Shown: positions 10,283 through 19,429 of the stretch, piece after piece
How positions within the stretch are numbered: the stretch's first letter is position 1
How the letters are laid out: each line of letters starts with the position of its first letter
Assembly: GCA_963716255.1 (NCBI GenBank)
Contig: OY970303.1
Span: 5,600,001 to 5,664,000 of the forward strand
Length of the DNA: 64,000 nucleotides
DNA from: an uncultured Gemmatimonadales bacterium
GTDB taxonomy: Bacteria > Gemmatimonadota > Gemmatimonadetes > Longimicrobiales > Longimicrobiaceae
Direction: 5' to 3'
The notes under the pieces: generated by a model
Told to the model about the DNA's origin: nothing
What the model saw: only the letters and a program-made list of their open reading frames with translations
Databases searched by the model: none
Made by a program: the position numbers and the translations under genes

Positions 10283-11139
10283 TGCGCGTGCCCCGCCGCT
10301 CCGGGCGCTTTCCCCTGGCGGTCGCGGCCTCCGCCGGGCTGCACGCGCTCGCGCTGGGCGGGATGTGGCTGTCGGTGTCCTCCGCCGAGCCGCCGCCGCG
10401 CCCGCAGGTGTTCAAGGTGGACATCGTTTCCCCGCCGCCGAACCTGCCGGGCGAGCCCACGGCCGTGGCCCCCGCCGCCGGGAGCACCGCGCCCGAGCCC
10501 GAGCCGGAGGCGGCCTCGCCGCCGCCCGCCCCGGAGCCCGAGCCCGCCGCGAGCGAGCCGGCAAAGACGCCCGAGCCTTCGCCCGTTCCCGCGCCTCCGC
10601 GGAAGGCGGAGCCCAAGCAGCCGGAGCCGCGGCGCACGCCGCCCAAGACCGAGCGGCCCGCGGAGCCGCCCAAGGCGCCCGCGACCAACCCGTCACCCCG
10701 GCGCTCCGACCGCCCGCAGGAGACCGCGCAGAAGGCGGGGCCAAAGACGGGCGAGGGGCCCAGCTCGCGGAACCCGGTCCCCGCCACCGGCCGCAACCCG
10801 GACCCGAATTCGCCCGGCGGCGAGGGATTGTCGGTGCGCACCGAGGGGGCCGAGTTCGCGGACCCGGCGTACCTGGCCAACATCATCCGCCAGCTGAAGC
10901 GCTACTTCCGCCCGCCGCCGGGCGCGCAGCGGGACGAGGCCGAGGTGCGCTTCTGGATCAATCGGGACGGAACGGTGTCCGACATCGCCGTCGGACGGAG
11001 CCGGGGGAGCTTCCAGTTCCGCGCCGCCGCCATGGAGGCCGTGGAGCAGGCGGGGCTCGCGAAGGCGTTCGGCCCGCTCCCCCGCGCCTACCGCGGCAAC
11101 CGACTCCCGGTGGCGTTCACCTTCGAGCCAGAAAGCTGA
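10282..11139 (+). CDS. tolA: TolA/TonB-like energy transducer
   Basis: N-terminal TM with SxxxH (SAGLH), Pro-rich linker, TonB_C-like end; lies between tolR and tolB. Confidence 0.78.
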   Translation: MRVPRRSGRFPLAVAASAGLHALALGGMWLSVSSAEPPPRPQVFKVDIVSPPPNLPGEPTAVAPAAGSTAPEPEPEAASPPPAPEPEPAASEPAKTPEPSPVPAPPRKAEPKQPEPRRTPPKTERPAEPPKAPATNPSPRRSDRPQETAQKAGPKTGEGPSSRNPVPATGRNPDPNSPGGEGLSVRTEGAEFADPAYLANIIRQLKRYFRPPPGAQRDEAEVRFWINRDGTVSDIAVGRSRGSFQFRAAAMEAVEQAGLAKAFGPLPRAYRGNRLPVAFTFEPES

Positions 11140-11149
11140 CCCCTTCCCG

Positions 11150-12496
11150 ATGACACGCGGCACCTGCTTCCGGACGGCGTTCCCCGGCATCCTCCTGCTC
11201 GCGCTCTCGCTCGTGCTCCCCGGCGCCCTGCGCGCGCAGGACACCGTGATGGTGCAGCTGGGCCTCACCTACCGCCCGGGCTCCGAGCCGGGGTTCCTGG
11301 TCCTCCCCTTCGCCGCCGCCGCCGGCTCCGAGGGCGCGGCCGCCACCGTCCGCGGCGTCGTACGGCAGGACCTGGACTTCAGCGACCGCTTCCGGGTGAC
11401 GGACGCCCCCGCCGGCACGCGCCCCGTGGCCCCCACGGCGGTGGGCGAGTGGGCCGACCGCGGCGCCGACTGGGTGCTCGCCGGGGACGTCCGCCCGCAG
11501 GGGAGCGGCCTCGCGCTGCGGCTGGCGCTGCTGGACGCGGTGTACGGCACCGTCAAGGGCGAGCGCACGTTCCAGCTCCCCCGCGCCGCCGACCGCGGCT
11601 TCCGCATGGCCGTTCACGCCGCCGCCGACGAGGCGGTGCGCTGGGCGACGGGGGAGCCGGGGATGGCGGCGTCCCGCGTCGCCTACGTTCTCCAGGGGCG
11701 CGGCTCCAAGGAGATCTACATGGTGGACTGGGACGGCGAGAACGTGCAGCGGGTGACCAGCGACGGCTCCATCGCCCTGTCGCCCGCGTGGTCGCCCGAC
11801 GGCGCGCGCATCGCCTACACCTCGTTCCGCAGCGGCATCCCCGCGCTGTACGAGCGCAGCCTCGCCACGGGGCAGGACCGGGAGATCTCCCGGCGCGACG
11901 GGCTCAACATCACCCCCGCGTACTCCCCCGACGGCCGCACCCTGGCCTTCGCCGCCACGGTGGCCGGAAACACCGAGATCGCGGTGGTCAGCGGCGGCGG
12001 GTTCGAAGCGCTCACCCGCGGCCGCCGCTCGGACTCGCTGTCGCCCACCTTCTCGCCCGACGGCTCGCGCATCGCCTTCGTGTCCAACCGGCTGGGCGAG
12101 CCGCACGTGTACGTGATGCAGCGAGGCGGCGAGCCGCGCCTGCTTTCCGACTACCGCTACGGCACGCAGGGGTACAACACCTCGCCCGACTGGTCGCCGC
12201 GCGGCAGCGCCATCGCCTACCACACGCGCGTGGGCGGCAATCCGCAGCTCGCCGTGGTGGACGCCGCCGGGGGGCGCCCGCGCGTGCTCACGAACCGCGG
12301 CGTCAACGAGGACCCCAGCTGGGCCCCGGACGGCCGCCACCTGGTGTTCGCCTCCGACCGCGACGGCGGGGGCCTGTTCGTCATGGACGTCATCAGCGGC
12401 CGCACCCGCCCGCTCCTCCGGGGGCGCGGCTACGGCCTCCCGGACTGGTCGCCCGTGCTGTACCGCGCGCCGTCCACCCCGTCCGCCGGCCAGTAG
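11150..12496 (+). CDS. tolB: TolB beta-propeller protein
   Basis: Signal peptide; repeated PAWSPDG-type PD40 motifs; upstream of pal. Confidence 0.92.
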   Translation: MTRGTCFRTAFPGILLLALSLVLPGALRAQDTVMVQLGLTYRPGSEPGFLVLPFAAAAGSEGAAATVRGVVRQDLDFSDRFRVTDAPAGTRPVAPTAVGEWADRGADWVLAGDVRPQGSGLALRLALLDAVYGTVKGERTFQLPRAADRGFRMAVHAAADEAVRWATGEPGMAASRVAYVLQGRGSKEIYMVDWDGENVQRVTSDGSIALSPAWSPDGARIAYTSFRSGIPALYERSLATGQDREISRRDGLNITPAYSPDGRTLAFAATVAGNTEIAVVSGGGFEALTRGRRSDSLSPTFSPDGSRIAFVSNRLGEPHVYVMQRGGEPRLLSDYRYGTQGYNTSPDWSPRGSAIAYHTRVGGNPQLAVVDAAGGRPRVLTNRGVNEDPSWAPDGRHLVFASDRDGGGLFVMDVISGRTRPLLRGRGYGLPDWSPVLYRAPSTPSAGQ

Positions 12497-12561
12497 ATGG
12501 CCGACCGCGCGCCCGCCGCGGCGCGCACCGCACCCGCCAGCCAGCCGAGAGGATCCGCCCG

Positions 12562-13140
12562 ATGAAGCTCCGCCACGCCCTCGTTCTCGCCGTCGCCGCC
12601 CTGACCCTGGTCGGCTGCAAGAAGAAGCGCCCCGCGGACGGCCCCGTGAACGACCCCGTCGCCGGCGACTCCGCCGCCGTCGCCGACTCCGTCGCCCGAG
12701 CGGAGCAGCTCCGCCGCGAGCGGGACCGCGCCCGCGCCGATTCCGCCGCCGCGGTGGAGCGCGAGGCCCAGCGCGTGCGCGCCGCCCTCTCGGAGATGGT
12801 GTTCTTCGAGTACGACAGCTTCGACCTGACGTCCGAGGCGCAGGACCGGCTGCGCGCCAAGGCCGAGACCATGCGCGAGAACCCGTCGGTGACGCTGCGT
12901 ATCGAGGGCCACGCCGACCAGCGCGGCTCCACCGAGTACAACCTGGCGCTGGGGCAGCGGCGCGCCGAGGCGGTGAGGACCTTCCTGGAGGGGTACGGCC
13001 TGGACTCTGGCCGCTTCTCCACGCTCAGCTACGGCAAGGAGCGCCCCCTGGCCGAGGGCGAGGCGGAGGACTCCTTCGCGCGCAACCGCCGCGCCGAGTT
13101 CGTGGTCACCGGGGGCGACTTCGCCCCCCGCACCCGATGA
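12562..13140 (+). CDS. pal: Peptidoglycan-associated lipoprotein
   Basis: Lipobox LVGC; IEGHADQRGSTEYNLALGQRRA...SYGKERP...NRRAEF. Confidence 0.95.
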   Translation: MKLRHALVLAVAALTLVGCKKKRPADGPVNDPVAGDSAAVADSVARAEQLRRERDRARADSAAAVEREAQRVRAALSEMVFFEYDSFDLTSEAQDRLRAKAETMRENPSVTLRIEGHADQRGSTEYNLALGQRRAEAVRTFLEGYGLDSGRFSTLSYGKERPLAEGEAEDSFARNRRAEFVVTGGDFAPRTR

Positions 13141-13901
13141 GCGTCCGCCGGCTGGCCGCGCTGCTGCTGGTGCCGCTCCTGGGGGCGTGCGCCACCAAGC
13201 GCGACGTGCGCGACCTGCGCGACGAGATGGCCGCCATGCGCGCGGCCCAGGACAGCGCTTTCCGCGAGGTGCAGCGCGAGAACCGCGCTCTGCTGGATTC
13301 CATCGCGGACCAGAACGCCCGCCTGCGCGGCGATCTCGCCAACCGCTTCCTCCAGGTGGACCGGCAGCTGGTGCAGATCCAGGAGCTGACCGGCCAGGGC
13401 CAGCAGCGCCTTCAGGAGCTGCGCGAGCAGATCAACGCCCGCGCCCAGCAGGACGCCGCCCGCCAGGCCGAGGCCGCCGCGTCGGCCGGCTCCGACACGG
13501 CGTCGTCCTCCGGGAGCGGCGCCACCGCGGACGAGCTGTACACCACCTCCATGGCCAGCCTGCGCCGCGGCTCCCTGCAGACCGCCCGCGCCGGCTTCCA
13601 GGAGTTCCTGCGCACCTATCCCAGCCACCGCCAGGCGCCGGACGCGCTCTTCTACGTGGGCGAAACGTACAACGAGGGCAAGGACGTGCAGAACGCCCTC
13701 CAGACCTACGCCCAGGTGGTGCAGCGCTACCCGACCTCCGCCCGGGCGCCCACCGCGCTCTACCGTGCCGGCACCATCGAGGCGGGCCGCGGCAACCGCA
13801 CCGAGGCGCGGGCGCTGTTCAACCGCGTGGTGCAGTCGTACGCGCGCTCCCCGGAGGCGACGCTGGCCCGGGACCAGCTGGCGAAGCTGCCGCGCTCGTG
13901 A
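13137..13901 (+). CDS. cpoB: Tol-Pal TPR protein CpoB/YbgF
   Basis: Lipobox LGAC, coiled coil, C-terminal TPRs (APDALFYVGE, APTALYRAG); follows pal. Confidence 0.9.
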   Translation: MSVRRLAALLLVPLLGACATKRDVRDLRDEMAAMRAAQDSAFREVQRENRALLDSIADQNARLRGDLANRFLQVDRQLVQIQELTGQGQQRLQELREQINARAQQDAARQAEAAASAGSDTASSSGSGATADELYTTSMASLRRGSLQTARAGFQEFLRTYPSHRQAPDALFYVGETYNEGKDVQNALQTYAQVVQRYPTSARAPTALYRAGTIEAGRGNRTEARALFNRVVQSYARSPEATLARDQLAKLPRS

Positions 13902-13931
13902 GGTCTTGTAGCGTTTCCTGAAGCTTCTGCA

Positions 13932-14090
13932 GGCCGCTCCGGAGCCGGACGATACTGCCGTCCGTCTCCTGCGCGGGCTCCGGGAGCCAGCCAAACTACC
14001 GGCTGTCTCCCTGCGCACGGGGGAAGCCTCGCCAAACTACCGGCGAGGCTTCCCCCGTACATTTTCTGGGAACTATGGGGAACGGCAACG
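13932..14090 (+). repeat. Family B repeat (three tandem GAGCC-stem-loop-stem hairpins), copy 1 of 4
   Basis: GGCCGCTCCGGAGCC...GGGAACGGCA; similar at 17460, 31452 and 48984. Confidence 0.88.
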
Positions 14091-14191
14091 GCGACCCCCC
14101 TCCCCCCGGCCCCCTCACCCCCCGGGCCCCTCTCCCACAAGGGGAGAGGGGGAGCACGACAACGACACGTCGGAAGCCGAGGGTCAGGAAG

Positions 14192-14243
14192 CCCTCCCCC
14201 AGAATTGGGGGAGGGTGGCGAGCCTAAAGCGAGCCGGGTGGGG
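14192..14243 (-). repeat. Family C REP-like repeat
   Basis: Reverse complement of CACCCGGCTCGCTTTAGGCTCGCCACCCTC; also at 20696, 24081, 38632 and 41356. Confidence 0.8.
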
Positions 14244-14271
14244 ACCCCCCGCGGACGCCAGCGCAATGCCC

Positions 14272-14406
14272 GCGTGAGGGATTTCGGCCCGGAGGGGCGA
14301 GACCGCGCGGCTGTTTGCGCGGGCTCGACTCCGTTACGCAGCGTTGTTTGCTGCGTTACGAAGCCGAAGCCCGACCCCGGCGCCAGCCGGGGGCACGCCC
14401 GAACCC
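14272..14406 (+). repeat. Family A repeat, copy 3
   Basis: Inner stem ACGCAGC/GCTGCGT. Confidence 0.95.
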
Positions 14407-14419
14407 GTAGTTCGGTCTT

Positions 14420-15028
14420 CTACAGGAACGGCTTCTCCTTGGCGTTGGCACGCGACAGGCGTACGACGGCGCTGTCGCCCGTCACCTGCACGGGGAAGTT
14501 CCAGTACAGCTCGCTGTAGGGAAGCGTGTACCGGGCGTACACCCACCAGCGCCCCGGCTCGGCGCTGAAGGTGACGGTCCCGGAGGCGTCCGTGGTGTCG
14601 GCAAGCTCCTCGCGGTCCGCGGCCACGGCCCGCCCCGCGGCCAGCGAGTCGAAGGGGGCGTAGGCGTCCTGCGCCCAGGCGCGGCGGGCGGCGCGCAGCG
14701 AGTCCGCCCGCGCGAACACCGCGCGCCGGACCGCCTGGAAGCGCGCCATCGCCGTGTCCCCGCGCAGGCGCACGGCACGCTCCTCGGCGGCGAGGCCCTG
14801 CAATTGCTGAAGCAGCTCCGGGGGAATGGCCGGCTCGGGCGCGTCGGCCTTCTTGGCGAGTGAATCCAGGACCTCGTCGCGGTCGTAGGGGAGAAGGCGG
14901 ACCGGGAGGTCCGCGACCGGCGCGCCGTCCAGGTCGGTGCGGACGGCCACGCGCGGGCCGCCGTCGCCGCAGGCGGCGAGCGCGAGCGGCACGAGCAGGA
15001 CGGCGAGCGGGACGAGGCGAGATTTCAT
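14420..15028 (-). CDS. Hypothetical lipoprotein
   Basis: Lipobox LAAC; natural composition; beta-rich C-terminus. Confidence 0.75.
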   Translation of the reverse strand: MKSRLVPLAVLLVPLALAACGDGGPRVAVRTDLDGAPVADLPVRLLPYDRDEVLDSLAKKADAPEPAIPPELLQQLQGLAAEERAVRLRGDTAMARFQAVRRAVFARADSLRAARRAWAQDAYAPFDSLAAGRAVAADREELADTTDASGTVTFSAEPGRWWVYARYTLPYSELYWNFPVQVTGDSAVVRLSRANAKEKPFL

Positions 15029-15060
15029 CGGCGGCTCCGGCTGTGGAAACGAAACGAAAC

Positions 15061-15936
15061 GTGAAGCAACGTACGGAACTACGGAACCGGCAACAAGCGA
15101 GAAGCGTGCTCCCGTGGCGGGCGGCCTTCCTCGCGCTCCTCCTGGGTGCCCTGTGGGCGCTCCCCGCGGGCGCGCAGCTCCGGCTGCCGCGCCCCACCGG
15201 GTACGTCAACGACTTCGCGGGCGTGATCCCGGCCGAGCAGGAGGCCGCCATCGACGCGGTGGTGCAGGAGGTGCGCGCCCGGTCCGGCGGGGAGATCGCG
15301 GTGGTGACGCTTTCCTCGCTGGAGGGGCGCCCGGTGGACCAGGTGGCGCTCCAGGTCCTGCGCGACTGGAAGGTGGGGGGCGTGGCGCGGGGGGCCACGC
15401 CGGGGGACACGCTGGCCAACACCGGCACCGTGGTCCTGGTCGCGCCCACGGAGCGCCGGGCGTACGTCGCCACCGGCTACGGCGCCAACACCTTCATCAC
15501 CGCGGCCGAGGCCGGGCGGATCCTGGACCAGTACATGGTCCCGCAGTTCCGCGCGGGCGACTACGGCACGGGGACGCTGGAGGGCGTGCGCGCGGTCGCG
15601 CAGCAGTACGCCGGCCGCTTCGGCTTCCAGCTCACCGGCGAAGCACCCGGCGCGGCGACTCCGCGGGTGCCGGTGCAGCGCCCCGTCTCCGGCGGCGGAA
15701 TGGGAAAGCTGATCTTCTACATCATCGTCGCCATCTTCCTGTTCAACATGTTCCGGGGCGGCGGGGGCGGGGGGCGCGGCGGGCGCAGGCGCCGCTACGG
15801 CGGGCCCGTCATCCTCCCCTTTCCCATGGGCGGCGGGGGATGGGGCGGAGGCGGCGGCTTCGGGGGCGGGGGAGGCGGGTTCGGCGGCTTCGGCGGGGGG
15901 AGCGGCGGCGGCGGCGGGGCAGGGCGGGGGTGGTGA
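15061..15936 (+). CDS. TPM-domain (YgcG-like) membrane protein with Gly-rich tail
   Basis: PRPTGYVNDFAGVI, TGYG, C-terminal GGFGGFGGGSGGGGGAGRGW; start uncertain. Confidence 0.88.
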   Translation: MKQRTELRNRQQARSVLPWRAAFLALLLGALWALPAGAQLRLPRPTGYVNDFAGVIPAEQEAAIDAVVQEVRARSGGEIAVVTLSSLEGRPVDQVALQVLRDWKVGGVARGATPGDTLANTGTVVLVAPTERRAYVATGYGANTFITAAEAGRILDQYMVPQFRAGDYGTGTLEGVRAVAQQYAGRFGFQLTGEAPGAATPRVPVQRPVSGGGMGKLIFYIIVAIFLFNMFRGGGGGGRGGRRRRYGGPVILPFPMGGGGWGGGGGFGGGGGGFGGFGGGSGGGGGAGRGW

Positions 15937-15965
15937 GGCGGGCGACCGGAACACGGAGAGGAGAG

Positions 15966-16724
15966 ATGGGGAAAGAGACGGGCCGGGCGGAGCAGCTCGC
16001 GCGGGACCTGGCACGCACCTACGGCGGGGAGCTGGTGTCGGTGGTGCTGTACGGCTCCGCCGCGCGCGGCGAGTACGTGGAGGGGCTTTCCGACCTCAAC
16101 GTGCTGGTGCTGCTGCGCGACACCGCGCCCGCCACCCTCCGGCGCGCCACCGAGCTGGCGCGCGCCTGGGTGGGGGAGGGGAACCCCCCGCCGCTGGTGA
16201 TGGGGGAAGAGGAGTGGCGGCGCTCGACGGACGTGTTCCCCATCGAGCTTTCCGACATCCGCGACGCGCACCGCGTGCTGCACGGCGGCGACCCGTTCGC
16301 GGGGATCGACATCGACCCCGCCGACCTGCGGCTGCAGTGCGAGCACGAGCTCAAGGGAAAGCACATCCAGCTCCGCGAGCGCTACCTGTTCTCCTCCGGC
16401 GCGCCGGAGGAGCTGGGGGCCGTGCTGCGCAAGTCGCTTTCCACCTTCCTGGTGCTCTTCCGCGCCGTGCTGCGGCTCACCGGGGAGGAGGGCGTGCGCG
16501 AGCCGGAGGCGGTGATCCGGCGCACGGCCGAGCGCGCCGGGTTCGACCCCGCGCCGCTGCTGGAGATCTTCCGCGCCCGGCGCGCGGGGGGGGAATTCCG
16601 CCCCGACCCCGACTCCCCGGTGGTCACGGGGTACCTGGAGGCGGTGGGGCGGGTGGTGGAGTTCGTGGACGGATTGGGGAACAGGGGACAGGGGACAGGG
16701 TTCACCGGTTCACGCGAAGCGTGA
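15966..16724 (+). CDS. Nucleotidyltransferase-domain protein
   Basis: LYGSAARGEY..SDLNVLV, DVFPIE; lies between TPM and lemA genes. Confidence 0.82.
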   Translation: MGKETGRAEQLARDLARTYGGELVSVVLYGSAARGEYVEGLSDLNVLVLLRDTAPATLRRATELARAWVGEGNPPPLVMGEEEWRRSTDVFPIELSDIRDAHRVLHGGDPFAGIDIDPADLRLQCEHELKGKHIQLRERYLFSSGAPEELGAVLRKSLSTFLVLFRAVLRLTGEEGVREPEAVIRRTAERAGFDPAPLLEIFRARRAGGEFRPDPDSPVVTGYLEAVGRVVEFVDGLGNRGQGTGFTGSREA

Positions 16725-16822
16725 AGCGCCTCGGCCTTCACACGGCTCCATAGGCGCAGGTCGCGTGGTCGTCGGGCTGGCGATCGTGCCCCGTACAATC
16801 TCGAACATTCGGAGGAACGACG

Positions 16823-17434
16823 ATGCGGCGTGTCAGACTGGCGGTGCTCCTGGTGGCTGCTGCGGTGCTCCCGGGGTGCGGGTACAACCGGATCCAGGAG
16901 CTGGACGAGCGGACCGAGGAGCTCAAGTCCAACGTGGGGGTGGAGCTGACCAACCGGAACCAGCTCATCCCCAACCTGGTGGCGACGGTCAAGGGGGCGG
17001 CGGCGTTCGAAAAGGACACGTACACCGGCGTGGCCGAGGCGCGCGCCGGGCTGCGCGGCGCCGAGGCGCAGCTCACCCAGTCGCAGCAGCAGGTGGCGCA
17101 GGCGGTGCAGAGCGGCGACGTGGACCGGCTGTCGCAGGCGGACCAGGCGGTGACGCGCTCCATCGGCACCTACCTGAACCTGGCGGTGGAGGCGTACCCG
17201 CAGCTCAAGGCCACGCAGAACTTCACCATGCTCCAGGACCAGCTCACCGAGAGCGAGAACCGGATCAGCGTGGCGCGCCGGGACTACAACGCGGGGGTGC
17301 GGGAGTACAACGCATTCATCCGCTCGTTTCCGCAGGTGGTCACGGCGCGGGTGACCGGTGCGCAGCGCAAGGAGCCGTTCCAGGCGCCCGCGGGGTCGGA
17401 GCAGGCGCCCAACGTCGATTTCGGCCAGCCGTGA
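16823..17434 (+). CDS. lemA: LemA family protein
   Basis: CGYN, LIPNLVATVKG, EAYPQLKA, ENRISVARRDYN. Confidence 0.93.
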   Translation: MRRVRLAVLLVAAAVLPGCGYNRIQELDERTEELKSNVGVELTNRNQLIPNLVATVKGAAAFEKDTYTGVAEARAGLRGAEAQLTQSQQQVAQAVQSGDVDRLSQADQAVTRSIGTYLNLAVEAYPQLKATQNFTMLQDQLTESENRISVARRDYNAGVREYNAFIRSFPQVVTARVTGAQRKEPFQAPAGSEQAPNVDFGQP

Positions 17435-17459
17435 GGTAAGGGGCGGGTTCGTCGTGTGG

Positions 17460-17624
17460 GGCCGCTCCGGAGCCCGGCGGAAACGGCCCCGCCGGTCTCC
17501 TGCGCGGGTCGCGGAGCCCCGGGAAACTGCCCCCGGGTCTCCGCTCCGGCTGCGGGAGCCCCGCCAAACAGCCGGCGGGTCTCCCTCCGCAGAAGATTTG
17601 ATGGAAACTGCGGGAACGGCAACG
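17460..17624 (+). repeat. Family B repeat, copy 2
   Basis: Three GAGCC..AAAC..GTCTCC hairpins just after the lemA stop. Confidence 0.88.
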
Positions 17625-17628
17625 ACCA

Positions 17629-17667
17629 AAAGGCGCCCTCACCCGGATCTCCGGTGGGGGCGCCTTT
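17629..17667. terminator. Putative bidirectional intrinsic terminator
   Basis: AAAGGCGCCC...GGGCGCCTTT inverted repeat between convergent lemA and yggT. Confidence 0.55.
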
Positions 17668-17747
17668 CGCGGGGTCCGTGCTGCCGGCGCAGGGCTCCCC
17701 CTCTCCCGCTTGCGGGGGAGGGGGCCGGGGGGAGGGGGCCTGCCGTC

Positions 17748-17882
17748 GCGTGAGGGATTACGGCCCGAAGGGGCGAGACCGCGCGGCTGTTTGCGCGGGC
17801 TCGACTCCGTTACGCACGGTTGTTTCGTGCGTTACGGAGCCGAAGCCCGACCCCGGCGCCAGCCGGGGGCACGCCCGAACCC
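17748..17882 (+). repeat. Family A repeat, copy 4
   Basis: Inner stem ACGCACG/CGTGCGT. Confidence 0.95.
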
Positions 17883-17897
17883 CGCCGTTCATGCCGG

Positions 17898-18146
17898 TCA
17901 GTAACTCGCCGGACCGCTGTAGATCGCCTGCTGGGCGAAATGGATCAGCAGGATCGCCACCATGGGCGACAGGTCCATGCCCCCCATGCCGGGCAGGAGC
18001 GAGCGGATGGGGCCGAGGACCGCGTCGGTGACGCCGCGGATCCACGCCACCAGCGGGTTGGCGGAGCGCGGGTCCACGAACCAGGACATCAGCGCCCGCA
18101 CGATGATCAGCCACTTCAGGACCTCCAGCACGTTCACCAGCACCAT
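17898..18146 (-). CDS. yggT: YggT family membrane protein
   Basis: IIVRALMSWF..NPLV..VTDAVLGPIRSLLP.MGGMDLSPMVA. Confidence 0.9.
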   Translation of the reverse strand: MVLVNVLEVLKWLIIVRALMSWFVDPRSANPLVAWIRGVTDAVLGPIRSLLPGMGGMDLSPMVAILLIHFAQQAIYSGPASY

Positions 18147-18199
18147 CCATCCCAAGGCAGCACCCTCGTCGTGGGGAGTGGAAGCGGCTCGCCGCCGGG

Positions 18200-19429
18200 T
18201 CAGTCGTTGGCGGCGGGGGTGCCGTCCACGAAGGGGCCCAGCACCACCAGCGTGGCGGGGCGCAGGGCGCGGGCGGCGGCGAGCAGGTGGTCGGCGTCCA
18301 GCCGCTCCAGGTCGGCCAGGCGCCCCTGGCCCCCCACGAACAGCTCGCGGGCGGCCTCCTGGGCGCGCGCCTCCGGCGTGTCCAGCTCGCGCAGCCGCAG
18401 GCCGCGGAAGCGGCGCACGCGGTCCGCGAACAGCGAGGGCGCCATCCTGCTTTCGGCGTGGCGTGCGACCGCCTCGTCGATGCGCCCGGCCCATACGTCC
18501 ACCTCGCGCGGCGGCACCACGATCTGGATGCGCAGCTCCCCGCCCTCGGCGCGGCGCACCACCTCGGCGCGGGCGTTGTACACCGAGCGCCGGCTGGGCC
18601 CGAAGGAAAGCCCCTCCACCGCCAGCTCGCCCAGCATGCGCACCGCCTCCTCGTCCACCTCCGGCGGAAACGGGTAGCTCGCCGCGATCCACGCCGTGAT
18701 GGAGCTATACTCCTTGCGCACCGGCGACTCCACCGGGGCGGGGGGCTCCGCGCGCGGAGCCTGCCAGGGCGAGCCGCGCAGGAAGGCGGCCAGGTGCTCG
18801 CGCGCGGCGGCCGCATCCACCGGTCCCACCACGGCGGCCACCGTGCGCTCCGGGACCAGGTAGCTGCGGATGAAGCCGTCCACGTCGGCGAGCGTCAGCT
18901 TCTCCACCGTGGTGGAGAACCCCGCGGCCGGGCGGCGCCAGGGGTGGTCCGGCCCGAACACGGCGGCGTCCACCTCGCGGGCCAGCGCGTCGGCGGGGCT
19001 CGCCTCGCGGCCGATCAGCTCGGCGCGCAGGGCGGCCCGCTCGCGCACGGTCGCCAGCGAGTCCGCGGGGTCGCGGAAGAGCGCCACCAGCAGCGTGCGC
19101 GTGGCCTCCTGCCAGGTGTCGGGCGCCGCGGTGAGGGTGAAGCCCAGGGCGTCCTTGTGCGCCTGCACCGTCAGGTGCGCCCCCAGCGAGTCCAGGATGG
19201 GGCGGATGGGCGCCGTGGCGACGCGGGCGGTCAGGTACGCCAGCCCGGCCTGCTCCGGCGTCTCTTCGGCGGGGCCGGCGGCGACCAGCACCTCCACCGC
19301 CACCACCGGGGTCCCGGGCTCCGGGCGCACCACCACGTGCTCCTGGGCGCGGAGCGCGCCGGGAGCCAGCGGCAGCGGGAGCGTCGCGAGCGCGGCGAGC
19401 GCCGCCCGGAAAAGCAGAGCGCGGGTCAT
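18200..19429 (-). CDS. M16 (insulinase)-like protein, non-catalytic subunit
   Basis: Signal peptide; EQAGLAYL in place of HxxEH; HPW..GFSTTVEKLTLADV...AVVGPVD. Confidence 0.75.
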   Translation of the reverse strand: MTRALLFRAALAALATLPLPLAPGALRAQEHVVVRPEPGTPVVAVEVLVAAGPAEETPEQAGLAYLTARVATAPIRPILDSLGAHLTVQAHKDALGFTLTAAPDTWQEATRTLLVALFRDPADSLATVRERAALRAELIGREASPADALAREVDAAVFGPDHPWRRPAAGFSTTVEKLTLADVDGFIRSYLVPERTVAAVVGPVDAAAAREHLAAFLRGSPWQAPRAEPPAPVESPVRKEYSSITAWIAASYPFPPEVDEEAVRMLGELAVEGLSFGPSRRSVYNARAEVVRRAEGGELRIQIVVPPREVDVWAGRIDEAVARHAESRMAPSLFADRVRRFRGLRLRELDTPEARAQEAARELFVGGQGRLADLERLDADHLLAAARALRPATLVVLGPFVDGTPAAND

